A stretch of DNA of 64,000 bases from Podarcis erhardii (taxonomy: Eukaryota): the NCBI GenBank assembly GCA_964252035.1, contig OZ176201.1. One strand, written 5' to 3'. The number at the start of each line of letters is the position of its first letter. Within the stretch, counting starts at the first letter, position 1. Under the pieces are notes generated by a model, which was not told where the DNA came from, did no database searches, and saw only the letters and a list, made by a program, of their open reading frames with translations. The translations under genes and the position numbers were made by a program. Shown piece by piece: positions 39,788-53,125 of the stretch.

Positions 39788-39920
39788 TATTATTATTATT
39801 ATTTATTTGTACCCCGCCCATCTGGCTGGGTTTCCCCAGCCACTCTGAGCGGCTTCCATAGAAACCAAAAATACACTAAAATATCACAGATTAAAAACTT
39901 CCCTGAACAGGGCTGCCTTA
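39751..39920 (-). repeat. (AAT)n/(ATT)n microsatellite plus LINE 3' end
   Basis: The array abuts TTTATTTGTACCCCGCCCATCTGGCTGGGTTTCCCCAGCCACTCTG, which recurs at about 63540. Confidence 0.8.
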
Positions 39921-40565
39921 AGATGTAGAACAAGTCGGCTTCCACTTTAAGCCTGCCAAAGAAGTTCATTCCAGGAGAAGCCAGTTCAAGGGTAGAGTGA
40001 GTATTTTCACACTTAGGTGGAGATGCCCAGATAGGGGCTGAAGTGAGTTTACAGAGGTTACCCCTCCCAAGGTTCCGAGATAGGAGGTTCTGAGAGCTCA
40101 GAGTTCCATAGCTGGAACCCAGGTAGAAGAGTTTGGATTTGGATTTGATATCCCGCTTTATCACTACCTGAAGGAGTCTCAAAGCGGCTAACATTCTCCT
40201 TTCCCTTCCTTCCCCACAACAAACAGAGGTGAGACGAGCAATATGAAACCACCAATTTTTTCACTAACAAATTTGCTTTTAAGGGTATTTCTTCCATAAA
40301 GAGAGTGGTAAATTTAAGGTGATTCCTGAAAATGTGTTGTCATAGGAGGATGTTTCATAGAGTTCTGTGGCTCTGCCATGAGTCACCAGCATCACTTTCC
40401 AAAATAATTCCTTTGGCTGTAGTTAACGAAGATCTGGGCATGCACCGAGGTGTCCATAAGTCCAGTGAGCACCAACTGGAGGGCTTTCTCAGTGAGTGAT
40501 TAGTCTTGAGTTGCTTTAACACACTTTGATCTAAGTGTTTTACTTTAGTTTGACTTGATGTTTAG

Positions 40566-40757
40566 AGAGGAAGATACCAGTTGGGAAGAAGCCTGTCAGT
40601 TTGTCGAGCGTCCCCATGACAGGTGGGGTGCGGAGGAGCTTCTCTGGTGATGAAGAGTTGACTCCTCCTCAGTATCGAACCCTTCCAGCACAGACAGCCC
40701 CGGAGGCCTGCCAGCCTCCCAGGACTAGCAGAGAGTTCAGTCCCAGCCTCAAAACAG
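40566..40757 (+). CDS. MBTD1: MBTD1 probable cassette exon (64 aa)
   Basis: tttag| KRKIPVGKKPVSLSSVPMTGGVRRSFSGDEELTPPQYRTLPAQTAPEACQPPRTSREFSPSLKT |gtaatt; 192 nt, phase 1-1, open frame. Confidence 0.75.
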
Positions 40758-43700
40758 GTAATTGGTCATGTAAAAAAAAATTCGCTTATTAATGGAGGGC
40801 AAAATTGATTGAGGATCAAGCATGGTCAGGCATGAAACATGCTGACTCATTGCCGCCCTCACTTTTCATTTAAAAATAGAAAGAACATCCATTTCCTCCA
40901 GTATTTGCATCAGCCCATGAGCCCATCTCATTGAATTAATCACAAGTGTTGAGTCCCTGTTTTTTCCTGCTGCTTCAGAACTCAGCAAATCTCTTCAAAA
41001 TGAACTAAATGGAAGTGCTTTCAATGTACATATTGAAACAAAGTGAATAAGTGCCAATAGATTTCAGTTATCACTGGATATTATTTTATATCCTGGATGT
41101 CATATCCAAAAATAATCAACGGTCACCCTAAAAAAAAAAAAAGAGGGAAACTAGTTTTGGAAGATTTTAAAAACATCACCCCCCAAAACTTAATAGACCT
41201 CTGTCAACAGCTTGCCATATTTTTCTTTAAGCTGAAAACAGATTTCAAAATGAGAAACACTCTCATTTATATGTCCCCAAAATAAGTCCCTGTTGTGTGT
41301 TACTATTCTGATTATCATTCTGACACAACGAACAGGAGAAAATGAGCAGAATGAAAGGGATTGAGTCACACTTGAGATCAATACAAACTGTGTAAGGTTG
41401 ACATAGATGCCTCTTTCCAGCTGTAAGAGAATTGAAAGTACAAAGCAATTTACTCTCAACAGTGTTTAGTGTGGAAATAGGTGCTTATTTTGTCTGAAGT
41501 AGATGGCTGCCTCTAAGAAAATGCAGGAGCTTATATTGTCAGTCTAATTCAGAGTTCCACTATGGAAAACTCCCCCACTTGCTGGGCTTAATAGTGGAAA
41601 GGGTAGCACTGCATGCACAAAAGATACTGGCAGGCTCATTAAAGTCTTGTCAATGTCCATATTTAGGTTGAAACAAAATGGTGCCCACTTGGAAAGGTTA
41701 TAAAATATGCTAGGTTTCAACTCTAGAAATATAAACAAGTTGGGTCTGCTCCCCTTCCTTGTGAAGTCTAACTAATGCAGAAATCTGGCTAGATTGGGAG
41801 GTTCTTTTCTGGACATAACCCAATTTGGACTCCACCAGAATCTATTGTAGGATCTTTCCTGTTTGCAATTTTCAGGCTTTGCAATTTTCAGGCTTGGCCA
41901 CAGATGCATATTGTCATGTACCTGTGGAATGATTGGTATGTTCCTGTGCATAAAGGCCACTGCAAAGGCTGCAGTTTGCTTGACATGAGTCAGTCTTTGC
42001 CTGCCAGCACCAAACAGCTGTTCTGGTATTGAGCAGGAAAGGTCCCATTTACAACATGCAGCGGGTTGCAGCGTGCACAGGGTCTCTGAACAGCGAGGAA
42101 CCAAAAAGCTGCAAAGCCACTCAGTTTTACCTTCTTCTGCTGGGGTAAGTGTCTTTCCCCAGTAAGCATACTGAAGACCTATGACATATTTAAAACAATA
42201 GGCAGAAAGCCAAGCGCAGCTCATTATACATTCTCATTTTTCGGTCATTACAACATCTCTATACAGATGCATTGTTCAGTGGTAACTCACCTCGCTACTT
42301 AAAAGCTGGTCTTGTTTCCTTGAGTGTTCACACTACTAACTTTGTTTGTATTTTAAATGTTAAGAATTGTAAAACTGGTTGCATTTTTTCAGCACTGAAA
42401 ACTTCAAACCTTTAGGTAATTTTTGAGAGACTGGTCTCTGGGAGAACATGCAATGTCCCCAAACGAGTCCCATTTTTATACATGCATACAGTGTTAATTG
42501 ATTTGACGTAGGGTCTACAATGCACTGAATTTCCAAGGTTGCAAGGGTAATGGGCTGGGGGGGTGATGGGGAATGCTACAGGACCTCAGTGAGTTTACAA
42601 AAGTTCAGAAGAATCTTACATATATCTGCTACCTTCTTGCCTTCTGAGAATGAGAATTCTCCATGTTTACCCTAACCAATAAAACATCAGAGTCCCATAT
42701 ATCTCCTTGTATTGTACTGTATATGTAGGAGCCAGGCCTGGCTGTGTGGCTTTTTGAGATGGCTTTTCTTTTTGCAATATGCCCTTTTCTAATCCTTCGG
42801 ATGAAATGCTTTATTTGTGCCACTGTCTCAGGCATGTTGAAAGATCAGAAAACAGGTATTTGATGATAGGGATGAAATTACCCTCTATGCTTCCTTCCAT
42901 CAATTACTAAGGGTAGTGCCAGAATACCAGCTTACTTTGAACTGTAGCTGCGGAATTTCACCACTGGGATCTACATGTGAGAGGTCCATTTTCAATATGA
43001 AATAATGATGTGATGATGAAAAAGCATGCTCCCCCCTTTTTTTTTTTGGTGCAGCTATTAAGAGCAATGGAGCATAGCTCCATAATGAATTTTGTAACCT
43101 TAAATTTAGGTCCTCTTGCCAAATAGAAATAACTAGAATGAACTGAACAAAATATTTCCTGTGGTGTAAGATGAAAATTGAGAGCATTATAATGAGCAAC
43201 AAGACTTCATTATCATGCATGATATTTTCTACCTTTAATTAACTCCTGTAGCTGCAGCTGAGTTATTTTCTTCATGTTCCCGAGGAGGTGCCTTGACTCC
43301 AATTGCTACTGCACTAATAGAAGGAAAAATATCTCTTTCCCCCCAATGCTATTGCCATTTTGTAAATCAGCAGTATTTTTGTATTTGAAGCTAAAAGAAA
43401 TAAAACAGGAGCTTGAAGCAAATGCTATTGTTTACTGAGCTCTTACACAAAATAAATAGGTTGCTTGCTCTTCTGTGACTCCATCCTAGTTACTGCCTTT
43501 ATTAGAAAGATGAAATAGCTATATAATGGTAATGGGGAAATGATTGATGTCCCTGATGTTAGTGACCCATGAATATAATACTCTCTGAAAAACAGAACAA
43601 ACTTGTTTGATAACTGGACCATCTACATATTTGTATCAAATCATCATGAAGTTTTGAGCAGGCTTAAGTGGCTTGAGAGACCCTGACACCTGGATGCGTT

Positions 43701-44869
43701 TTTCCCCGGTGGCCTAGCTTTGGGGACTCCTTTATACCCCCATAAGGTATATGTAATTGAAGAATCCCAAAGCTAAAGTATCCTAAAAGGGATTTACTGT
43801 TGGCCCTGGTACACTGCCCAGAGAGTTATTGTATGCAAAGATTCCCAGCATTTCAAAAGTGTTCTGCAATTGGGATGGAAGTGATTGCCCTTTTGAGACC
43901 TAAAGCCTTTGTAGACATGTTGGACATGTGGTCCTTTCTTCGGGGTCATTGTGACCCCAAAGTCCAGCTGCTCTCAGTCTTTAATTGTTATGGAATAGAA
44001 TATGAGACAATTTCAGTCTACTTTCATTCCCCATTTGATCCTCCATGAAGTTCCCTCTCCTTGAGAGAGTTCAAAGCCACTCCACTTGTAGGGATAGATA
44101 AAGCAGGTGGGTACAGTCTGCCAAAATGTACGGGTGGAAAAAGAGTTCAGCAGTCTGTGATTACTAAAAGTGACATACAAGTGTGCTAGGAATTGGGGGG
44201 GGGGCAGGGAGAGAAATGAATTGAGTAAATATTTATTTTGCATGTTGTAGAATGTGTATCATTCTAATGTCATGTTTTAATATTTAAACTTTTTAAATTT
44301 TATTTAGCAGAGGAATGTGAGTCAGCAAGGAAGATGAGATAGAACCATACTAAGAGCGAAACCAAGTGACCTGTGTTTTAGTAAGGTTCCAAGTAGCAAC
44401 AGGTTGTACTTTTGAGACTGCATTACAACATGCTCCTTTGCACTTTCCAAAGACTATTTATGTCAATGTTTGTAAAGTAAGCTGCAATATTGGATCTGAG
44501 CAAAAAACAACAACTGAACTTGCCATCTCGTCATCAAAAGCTGCCTGTAATGGATGCTTCAGAAGAAGCATAAAAGGAAAAAAAAATAGCAGTTATAGTA
44601 TATTCTTTTCCCACATCAGTCCCTTTTGCCAGCCAGAGCCCTGGATTATTTTTATTAATCATTTAGTTATTTCATGGCTCTTTTGGATATTGTCTTTCTT
44701 ATTAAAGGCTGTATATGTCTTGTTTGCTACTTTAGTCAGTGTCAACAGTTTTTATGCAGCTGTCTATGTGACTGTTATATCACATTTTTAATGGAAGAGA
44801 CTCTCTTAAAAAAAACTCGTCTGAACCATATTTGTTTCCTTTGCGTCAGATATAGCACACCTTCACCAT

Positions 44870-44968
44870 ACCATAGAATCATGGAGCTGGAAGGGATTCA
44901 AGGGCCATAGTCTAGTTCAGCCCCTGCAATGCAGGAATCTCGGCTAAAGCATCCATGACAGATGGCCA
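44870..44968 (-). mobile_element. CR1 3' terminal fragment
   Basis: CATAGAATCATGGAGCTGGAAGGG...CCCCTGCAATGCAGGAAT is the reverse complement of the CR1 tail motif. Confidence 0.7.
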
Positions 44969-45012
44969 TGTTTTGCTGGTTTGCCAGTATCAAAACAATA
45001 AGAAGCAGTATA

Positions 45013-45255
45013 CCGTATTTTTTGCTCTATAAGACTCACCTTTTCCCTCCTAAAAAGTAAGGTTGAAATGTGTGTGCATCTTATGGAGCGAATGCAGGCT
45101 GTGCAGCTATCCCAGAAGCCAGAACAGCAAGAGGGATTGCTGTTTTCACTGCGCAGCGATCCCTCTTGCTGTTCTGGCTTCTGGGATTCAGAATATTTTT
45201 TTTCTTGTTTTCCTCCTCCAAAAGCTAGGTGCGTCTTATGGAGCGAAAAATACGG
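45013..45255. mobile_element. Tigger/pogo-like MITE
   Basis: TIR CCGTATTTTTTGCTCTATAAGAC (21 of 23 matching at the other end), TA TSD. Confidence 0.82.
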
Positions 45256-48200
45256 TAATTAGTGCATTGAACTGTAAAATATTTAACGTCAAATATCCAT
45301 AGATGGTTGGCAATATGTACAGCAGTCTTTTAAATTGACTGTGCTTCCTTTGAGATCTTTTGGAAGCGTTAATTAGGGGTTTGAACTTGGAACTGGATCT
45401 GCCAATGGACAAGATCCCATATGCCCCGCTCCCGTAGACCAACTTTGACTATTGAGTAGGACCACCCAGGGGTGTAACGTGGTGGTGGGCTGCCAGGGCG
45501 ATGGCCCCAGGCACATTTTTCCAGGGGGCACTGATCACGCCGCCCTGCCAGCCCTGCACCACTTTGCAAGGCTGGGATCTGATCTGAATGTTTCACCGGG
45601 CAATTCATTCAGATCAGCTCTCAGCCTCACAAAGCGGCACAAGGCCGGCGTCACTCCACCAGCATCTGCTGTTTATAGCCACTGCTCCTGCTCTTCTTCA
45701 CAGACACACAAGGACTACCTGCATGAAGCTTGTGGTCTACTTGGTAGTCTGGGGACCACAGTTTCAGAACTCCTGAACTAATCTATGTGGCGGAGATGTA
45801 TACTCTTTATTTCTAGCATGCTAGTTCAAACTTAACAACTTAAAAAAAAACAGTGTAGGAGGGAGTATTAAAACATATAACCCTAGCATTGGAGATGATA
45901 TTATAATCTGAACAGGCCTTTATTCTGAATTTGTAGAGAGGCTTGTGTCAAAAGGCAGCTCTGATAAATTCTTCCAGTTTCTCTCTTCCACTACAGACCA
46001 TTCCATACTCTTCTAGACAGAAGTGGTTGGGACAGTGTAGGGTTTGTTTTGCAGGAGGTAGCCAGAAATCCCCATTGTGCAAGCAGAGTTCCACTTTTTC
46101 TTCTTTGGATAAAAACTTAAGAATGTCACTTGGTAAAATCACAAAAATTCAAGAGCAATATAATCCTTTAAGTAATTCATGTTATCCTATTGGTATAATA
46201 ATCAATTTGCATTCCATACATTTTGACAAAAGCATTAACAAATTACATTACAAAACAGGTGATTGTATCTCATATTCCAAAAAAATAATAATGTGAGTCT
46301 ACTTTTTCATAAAAACACTTCATTTGCATCCTCAGGGAATGCGTTAATTTCCCCATTATTACTTCCAATTGTAAAACTTGCAAAGTACATTCAGTGGATG
46401 CACCTTAGAATTTAAAGTGGCGGAGTAAATTGTTGTAGGGAATGTCATACAACTTCACAGAGAGGTATGAAAAATAAAAGTTTATTTTTGAAAAAGTAAG
46501 GCCACCACAGTTTGGTAAGAGGCAAATTGGCATATAATGGCAAATTGCTATTAAAATGAAATCCAAAGTAATGGCAAAAAGGCAGCAAATGCTGATTTGA
46601 ATTACTTTTTAAAGATATTACTATTAAAACTGGCATACCCCAATTTAGCAAGGGTGATCTGGACGGAAGCAGATCTCCCGGTTCCAATCACTCTCCTACA
46701 TGCAAAAGGGGGCTGTGCTAGGTGAAAAGCAAAGGTCCTCATGCAACTATACCGAGTGTGGAACCTCTGACCTAAGGGTTAAATGAAGCGCTCCCTAGGC
46801 AACACCCCTAAAGGCCTTGTGCTTTTGCCTGGCTGGAGTGTACCCTACTATACAAAGACAAAGATCACATCCACTGCATCGCCCCAAACTGGCATGCAAC
46901 ACCCCAGAGCTACACCTATGGAGATCCATGTCAGATCAGGGGTGGGTGTGTGGTTGTGTTCACCTGCCAAACAGACGAGGGCAACTTTTCAGGCTGACTC
47001 CACCATCCATCTCTTTATAGAGATACATGTGTGTTCCGTGTGGCGATTTGTGGGTCTGAGCCACTGTGTGCAACATGAAGGAGGCAATGCTGCTGCCTTA
47101 TTCAGTCTAAATTGAGGCTCTTCGTAGAAGACTAACGCTCAAGCTCTGGCGATGCCGTTTTAAGAAAGGAGCAAGCAAATCTAAGAGGACTTGGATCTAG
47201 GAATCAAAATGTGAGGGATGGCTGAAAAAAGTAGAACCTAGAAAAATACATAATAATACAGGGTGATTCATCATGAAGTCTACAGTTCCCATTCATTACA
47301 AATGGAAACTGTATACTTCATGATGAATCACCCTGTACTTTTTAAATATATGAAAGGCTGTCATAATTAACATAGAATGTAGGAGAATATTTGACTGTAT
47401 GACCAAAATGGCTGCTGTCGAGTGAATGATTCTGCTTGTTCTGTTGATGTCATGAAAAGTGTTCGTTATGGGTCTGAGCAATCATCTACCAAGATCAGTA
47501 TCTTGGGTTTAGGCCCAGCGCTCACTGAGGTGGTAAATTCTCACTGAGATGTAGTACTTCAGACCATAGGTGGGGACCTGAATGCTCACTCTCTCTATAT
47601 ATATATTACACAGAAAACTAGGAGAAGGAATCTAGCCTAGCTTCTCCCTAATTTGCTGGATTTCTGTGTGCAAGGAATCTTCCTTAAAACTAGGGAGATT
47701 CAGCTGTTTATCATGGGTCCATGCACGTTTTGGCTTAGTCACGACCCTTATGTAATATGTACAGTATTTGAACCTTCTTGAAACCTCTGTGTAATTGTGA
47801 TTGTGTCCCACTTTGAATCCTATATAAAACTATCACTGGGGTGAAAACACAGGATTCTGGGACTGGATTCTGGGTTGCCTGTGTGATCACATTCTTCATC
47901 AAGCAGCCTGAACACTGCTGTACCTAACGTCCCCTATATTTAAATTTCACTTAATTCCTCTCTATTTGAAAAGAAATTCCTTATTTGTAATTATTGCAAT
48001 TGTATGTGTTCAAGCGGGGGTGGGTACCATTTTAGCAGCTGTGAGATTATGTGAGAAAAGTTAACACATTTTTTAAAATTGTCCCTTCACCAATGAAAAG
48101 TACAATTTTAGAAAAAAAAAATTTTTTACTAGTAAGCAGATTTGTGCACATTTAATAAACTGAAACATCCAGTCAATCAACTTTTTAAAAGTTGGGCAAC

Positions 48201-48961
48201 GGCACAAATAGCTTAGCTTGTAGGAGATTGACAAAACATTTTCCTCCAATAAGTACTGTTTCTCATCCTGTTTCCTTGCCTTTTAGTTAGGAAAGCCAAT
48301 GTGAGGTCCCACAGAGTGTTAGACTTTGATCCAATAAGATCTGAGTTCCAAATCCCATCTCAGCTGGATCTCACTTGTGTTTTTAAGAAAAATCACTCTC
48401 AGCCTGAGTTTCCCAGTCTGTTAATATACTAATAGTGGTTAACAGAAGAGGGCATGCACATGAGAGCAAATAATAGAAAGGTTGAAATACACACTGATTT
48501 TTTTAAATGGAATGGATAATAGTAAAATGAGATAATAACTTAATACAGGGGATTTCTGCTTTGTGCTGTATTCGTTCAACAATCAATGCCTTGTTTTCCT
48601 CCCAAATGTTTCTTATGATGAGTGGAAATGTTGTATCTTGAAGAGGAGGATTCTGCTGAATGGGAAGCAAATCTCTCCACAGTTATAGTACTAAAAGGTC
48701 ATAACCGAATCACCTATTCTTTCCTCCTTCCTTTTCTTAGTCACATTTTCAATTACAGCCCATGAGTTCAGTATTTTTCAATGTCTGTACTTAACTTTTT
48801 CAGTGTTAAATTGTGGGGGTTTACATTTTATTACAGAGGTAACAACATGTTGGAGCATGCTTGAAAATTTCAGAGTCTGAACTGAAAGGAAATGTGTTGC
48901 TCCCTGTGTCTTCCAATGTTCACCAACTTTTCATTTTTTAAACCTCCTTTTTCATGTTTAG

Positions 48962-49080
48962 TCTCCTCACTGCAGCTGAAGGAGGAGTTGCTAGATGGAG
49001 AGGAATACAACTTTCTTCAAGGAGCATCTGACCAGGAAAGCAATGGGTCAGCCAGCCACTACATCAAACAAGAACCCTAA
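48962..49080 (+). CDS. MBTD1: MBTD1 last coding exon
   Basis: gtttag| SSLQLKEELLDGEEYNFLQGASDQESNGSASHYIKQEP-TAA, matching the MBTD1 C-terminus. Confidence 0.96.
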
Positions 49081-52000
49081 GGGCAGATCAGGGCAGGATG
49101 GTACAAAAAGAGCCTTTCTTCAAGACTGATGTTCCCATTCTGAAGATACAGTTTGATGGCTTCTACTAAGGGCACTTTGCTAACTGCAGATAAGATTTCA
49201 ATTCAGAATTTTTGGAGGATGAGGAAACTATTTTAGTGAAAAAGATTTTTCAATTTATTAAAAATAATTGACACTTGTGTTGTATTTGAAGCTTTTAAAA
49301 GAATTTTTGTAATATTTTCGAGTTCAGATTTATTGTGCATTGTTAAAAAAATGAGATTCTAATTTTTTGGTAAGAATTAAAAGCTTAATTATAGCAGGAT
49401 TGCAGGAAACCCTTTGAAGAAGATGAGGTGGTAGTATTTAGTTGGAAAAAAAAAAGCAAATGAACTGTTTGTAACAAGTGAGCCTTCTGGTACAAGCTGG
49501 GAGATTCTGAATTTAAAGCTACACTAGTCATACCCTGTCTTTTCCATGGTGAAATCATGGGATTCTGATCTTAGGGGTGGTGAAGACATACCAAAATAGG
49601 TTGGAAGAATGGAGTCTGGAAAGGGTTCCTCCTGGAAGTGGCAACATAATTTTCAAGAGTTTGTGCTTAAATTTTTGGAGAACGAAGCTGAGGTCCAAGC
49701 TTTTTGGAGGCCGTTGGGTTTGGGCCGGATACTGCTGCATTGTGGTTTCCTCATCACATTTTAAAATGTCGGGATATTCATGGAAATGATCAGCAAAGCT
49801 TCAGCACGTTTCGGCTGGAGAGGTTACAAAATGGACATGAGTTTGTGACTTTTTTTTTCTTGTGTAAGGAAAACGAGGCAGACGCAAAAGGCCCTTTTCT
49901 ACAGAAACTTTGTGACAGGCCTGCTTTCCATCCCGGTGGAAGACACAGCTGAGGCAAATAGACATTTTGCTTTCCCTACCCATTTGGAAGAGCTTCTGGG
50001 TTATGAATTGAACTGGCTTGCCTAAGGATGACATGGCCCTGCTTTTAGGCCTCATGCTTTCTTTGACTTGGCTGCGGACACCATTTTCAAGCAAAAGGTT
50101 TTCGAGAATGACTGATGTGGCAAGAATGCTGAAGAACCTGGAATCATTCCTCCGAGAGTTGAATCTGTGTGGATATTCGCAGATGGCTTCATTCTCAGAA
50201 CTAACAGGCTGACATTGCCACTCTGTGGTGTTGTGACAGGATGATGATGCGTGTCAAGAGTTTTGCTTTTACCAGTAAGGTTCATTAACTAAACTCTCAG
50301 GAATTAACTGCTTATGTTCTGTAACTGCTTCTGGGTCATTGCAGGTCCTCTTTAGAGCAGTATAAATGTCAAATTCTTGACTCTAGGGTAGGACTTAGAA
50401 GAAAGTAATCCTATAGATTAACCTCTACACACTTTTAAGCCTAATGCTTTACATTGGCAACTTGCAAAGCCCCAGAGATGATTTTTTGGCATATGTTTTG
50501 AATTTTTAAAAACGCATAGAAAGTTGAAAACCAGCAATTTTGATTCTTTTCTTAATTAACTTGCTCTATTGTTGGGTACATACCATTGGTGATATGCAAA
50601 GGTTTACCACATTCTATGCAAGAGGGGATAATGGTATAAAATTTTGTAACTACTGGAAGTACATTTTTTCTGTATAGTATAGGAATGTATGAGAACAATT
50701 TCTAGTCTTTTCTCCCCCTCCCCCTATAGCTGGGCCATTTTTGACTGCTTCATGTATACATATTTTTAAACTGATTATCAGGTGTCAAATACTTGTGAAT
50801 TTAGGTGATAATTAGATATTCTCTCTCTCTAAAAAGATTTCGGCTTAAGTGAGCTGCCTTCATTTTCTTTTCCTTGGGTACAATGCCCGCCCGCTTCCAC
50901 AAATGCTGCATTGCAGCTGTTTTTGAAACTTCTCCAGTTTGTAAAGCAGCTTCTAATGTGGCCAGAGAGGGCTGCTTTGGAGGGAGGGCAGCAAAACGCT
51001 GCATTGTGTGTACACACCCACAAAGGGGTTCACTAGATTTCAACTAATATTTTGAAAAGTCACAGTACAAATGGAGCTAAGAAATCCTCTTCCCTCCCTC
51101 CCTGTATTTTTGTTAATCCTTAAACCAGTGCCTCTCAAAACCAAGGATGATCCATGCCATCAGGCCAGTCGATAGAATGATCTAAAAGGCAGAGACTTCA
51201 GAGAGAATTGGAATCAATTCCCCCCCCCCCCCCCCCATTTTAAGGTGTAGTTCTGTTAGCCTTGCTCACACCTAATAAAGGCAGTATACTCTCTCTGGCA
51301 GGATTGGCATAGTCAAGACTGTGGTGCTCTGGGGCTTTCATTCAGAGCCTGTGTTTTCATAGGGTCTGACTTGGAAAGATTTAGAGTAGCCCTTGTACAA
51401 GTATTTCTTCTGATTTCAGTAGGGACCACTTGCATAATACTGCTTAATATATAAAAAAAGATACAGGAGAAGGCCTAGACTAGCGTCCTCTGTCAAGAGA
51501 AGCCAGAAAGAGAGCTTAGATTTGTGTGTAAATTGGGTCCTGTATGGTCATAAAATCCAATCTTGAGCTTCACTCAACACAACATACCCTTTAGGTGGAA
51601 TTGCCCCTTTTACCTGACAGAAATTCCGTATCTAACAACTATATAACGGGCAGAAGGTACAACTTTCTTCATCACTGCACATTTAATGCTTTGAACACTG
51701 AACCTGCTGGATTTCTGCTAATCATGCAGTCTGTCAGGATCAAAGGTGGAAATCCTCCTCCTACCTCTGTTGAATACGGCAGCTCCTGGAACATCCATAG
51801 CCACATTTGATCCTTACCACATCAACCTGAAATAGTCCCAGGGACCTGTTGGACCTTGTCAGACCTAGAACCATGCTACAAGGGTGATCATCTTGATTAG
51901 TGCTACGTTGCTAGTCTTTGGGTTTCTGGAGGTAGATCTGCATACATGTTAAGTTGGTACCACTGCCAATCTAATCCACCCCAAATTCTGCCTGTAGGCA

Positions 52001-53125
52001 GAATACCACATCCAAATACATAACGTGTGTATGATAAGACTTATTTGCGGAAACACCTATTATTAAAATTGCTTCATGACTCCCTTGTTCCAGCTTAGTT
52101 CCCTGGGGTCATTACTCCCTTCGCTTTGTTTATTCAGTGTTGATTCTAAGCAAAATTTGTCTGTGGCCTCTTAATACAGATGATGACTGGGTGGCAGTGA
52201 GCTTTCTTAGTACTGGGTTTAATTGCTTTGGTATGCATGCATTTTGTTTTGTATAATTTAGCTCGAAGAACATTCTCTTTATTTTACTGTGAACTAATTA
52301 ATACAAAATTGGGATGGTGTGGGGGAGGGGGGAAGAGTTGGTCAGGGATTTGATGCCTGTACTGATGCAAAGGGTCAGCTATTTTCAGTATTTGGCGCAC
52401 ATTTTTTTAATATATAAACAAGAAGGCACCACAGACAAGGTCAAGTTGCATTGTAAGTGCTCCTTCTTTTTACAGCCGACCCTGTTTTGTTTTAAATTTC
52501 CTTGCTGAATCTGACAAAAGCAAAAGCAGTTATCAGTTTCTTGTTCTATTGATACTAACACGGGTTTCAGTGTTTGTTCGTTTTTATTGTCGTCGTCATT
52601 TTTATGTGATGTGAACACCTTCTCCCATCAATATTTGTATTATGGTGCTAATATATTTGGTAACAATCCTTTATTGGAAAGGGATTAAAACTGTGATTAA
52701 ATTGATTTTTTTTCTTTTTAATTTTCATATTTAAGTAAAGTCTCAGCCATTTATAAAAAAAGAAGAAAAAGCATCAACTTTTGCCCTGGAAAAACAATCA
52801 GGGCAGAAGTTAAAAAAAAAAAGTTGAATAGGGTTTTTACATCATTTCTGTATGTATTTGATATAGATCAATATCTGTATAAATTTAATCTTTTATTTTC
52901 TGGTAACTTGTGTGGTCAAATGGGAGCGTTTTAAAACCTCTAATGAAATGTATATAACTCAGTGAAAATGCTTTTGATGAAATTAATGTTACTTTCATTT
53001 TTACCAGACTGCAAATTTTCAAGCATGGATGTGAAAAAAAGCATTAAAAATTATAACTTTGTGTACAAGATGAAAATAATTCACTAAATTTGCCTTTTTT
53101 ACACAAAATAAAAATGTTAAAAGTA
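49081..53125 (+). other. MBTD1: MBTD1 3' UTR (about 4 kb; end inferred)
   Basis: U/AU-rich sequence after the stop. ATTAAA at 53043, AATAAA at 53107 and 53271, Pumilio-type TGTATATA at 52949. Confidence 0.6.

Noticed and set aside
46783-47115. 110-aa intronic ORF
   Set aside because: No recognisable domain and no convincing splice sites; probably unclassified repeat or neutral sequence.
48617-48660. C/D box snoRNA (ATGATGA...CTGA)
   Set aside because: Boxes are only about 40 nt apart with no terminal stem or D'/C' boxes.
49555-50285. ORF cluster in the MBTD1 3' UTR (for example 50018-50212)
   Set aside because: Short, several with non-ATG starts, no recognisable homology; consistent with chance.
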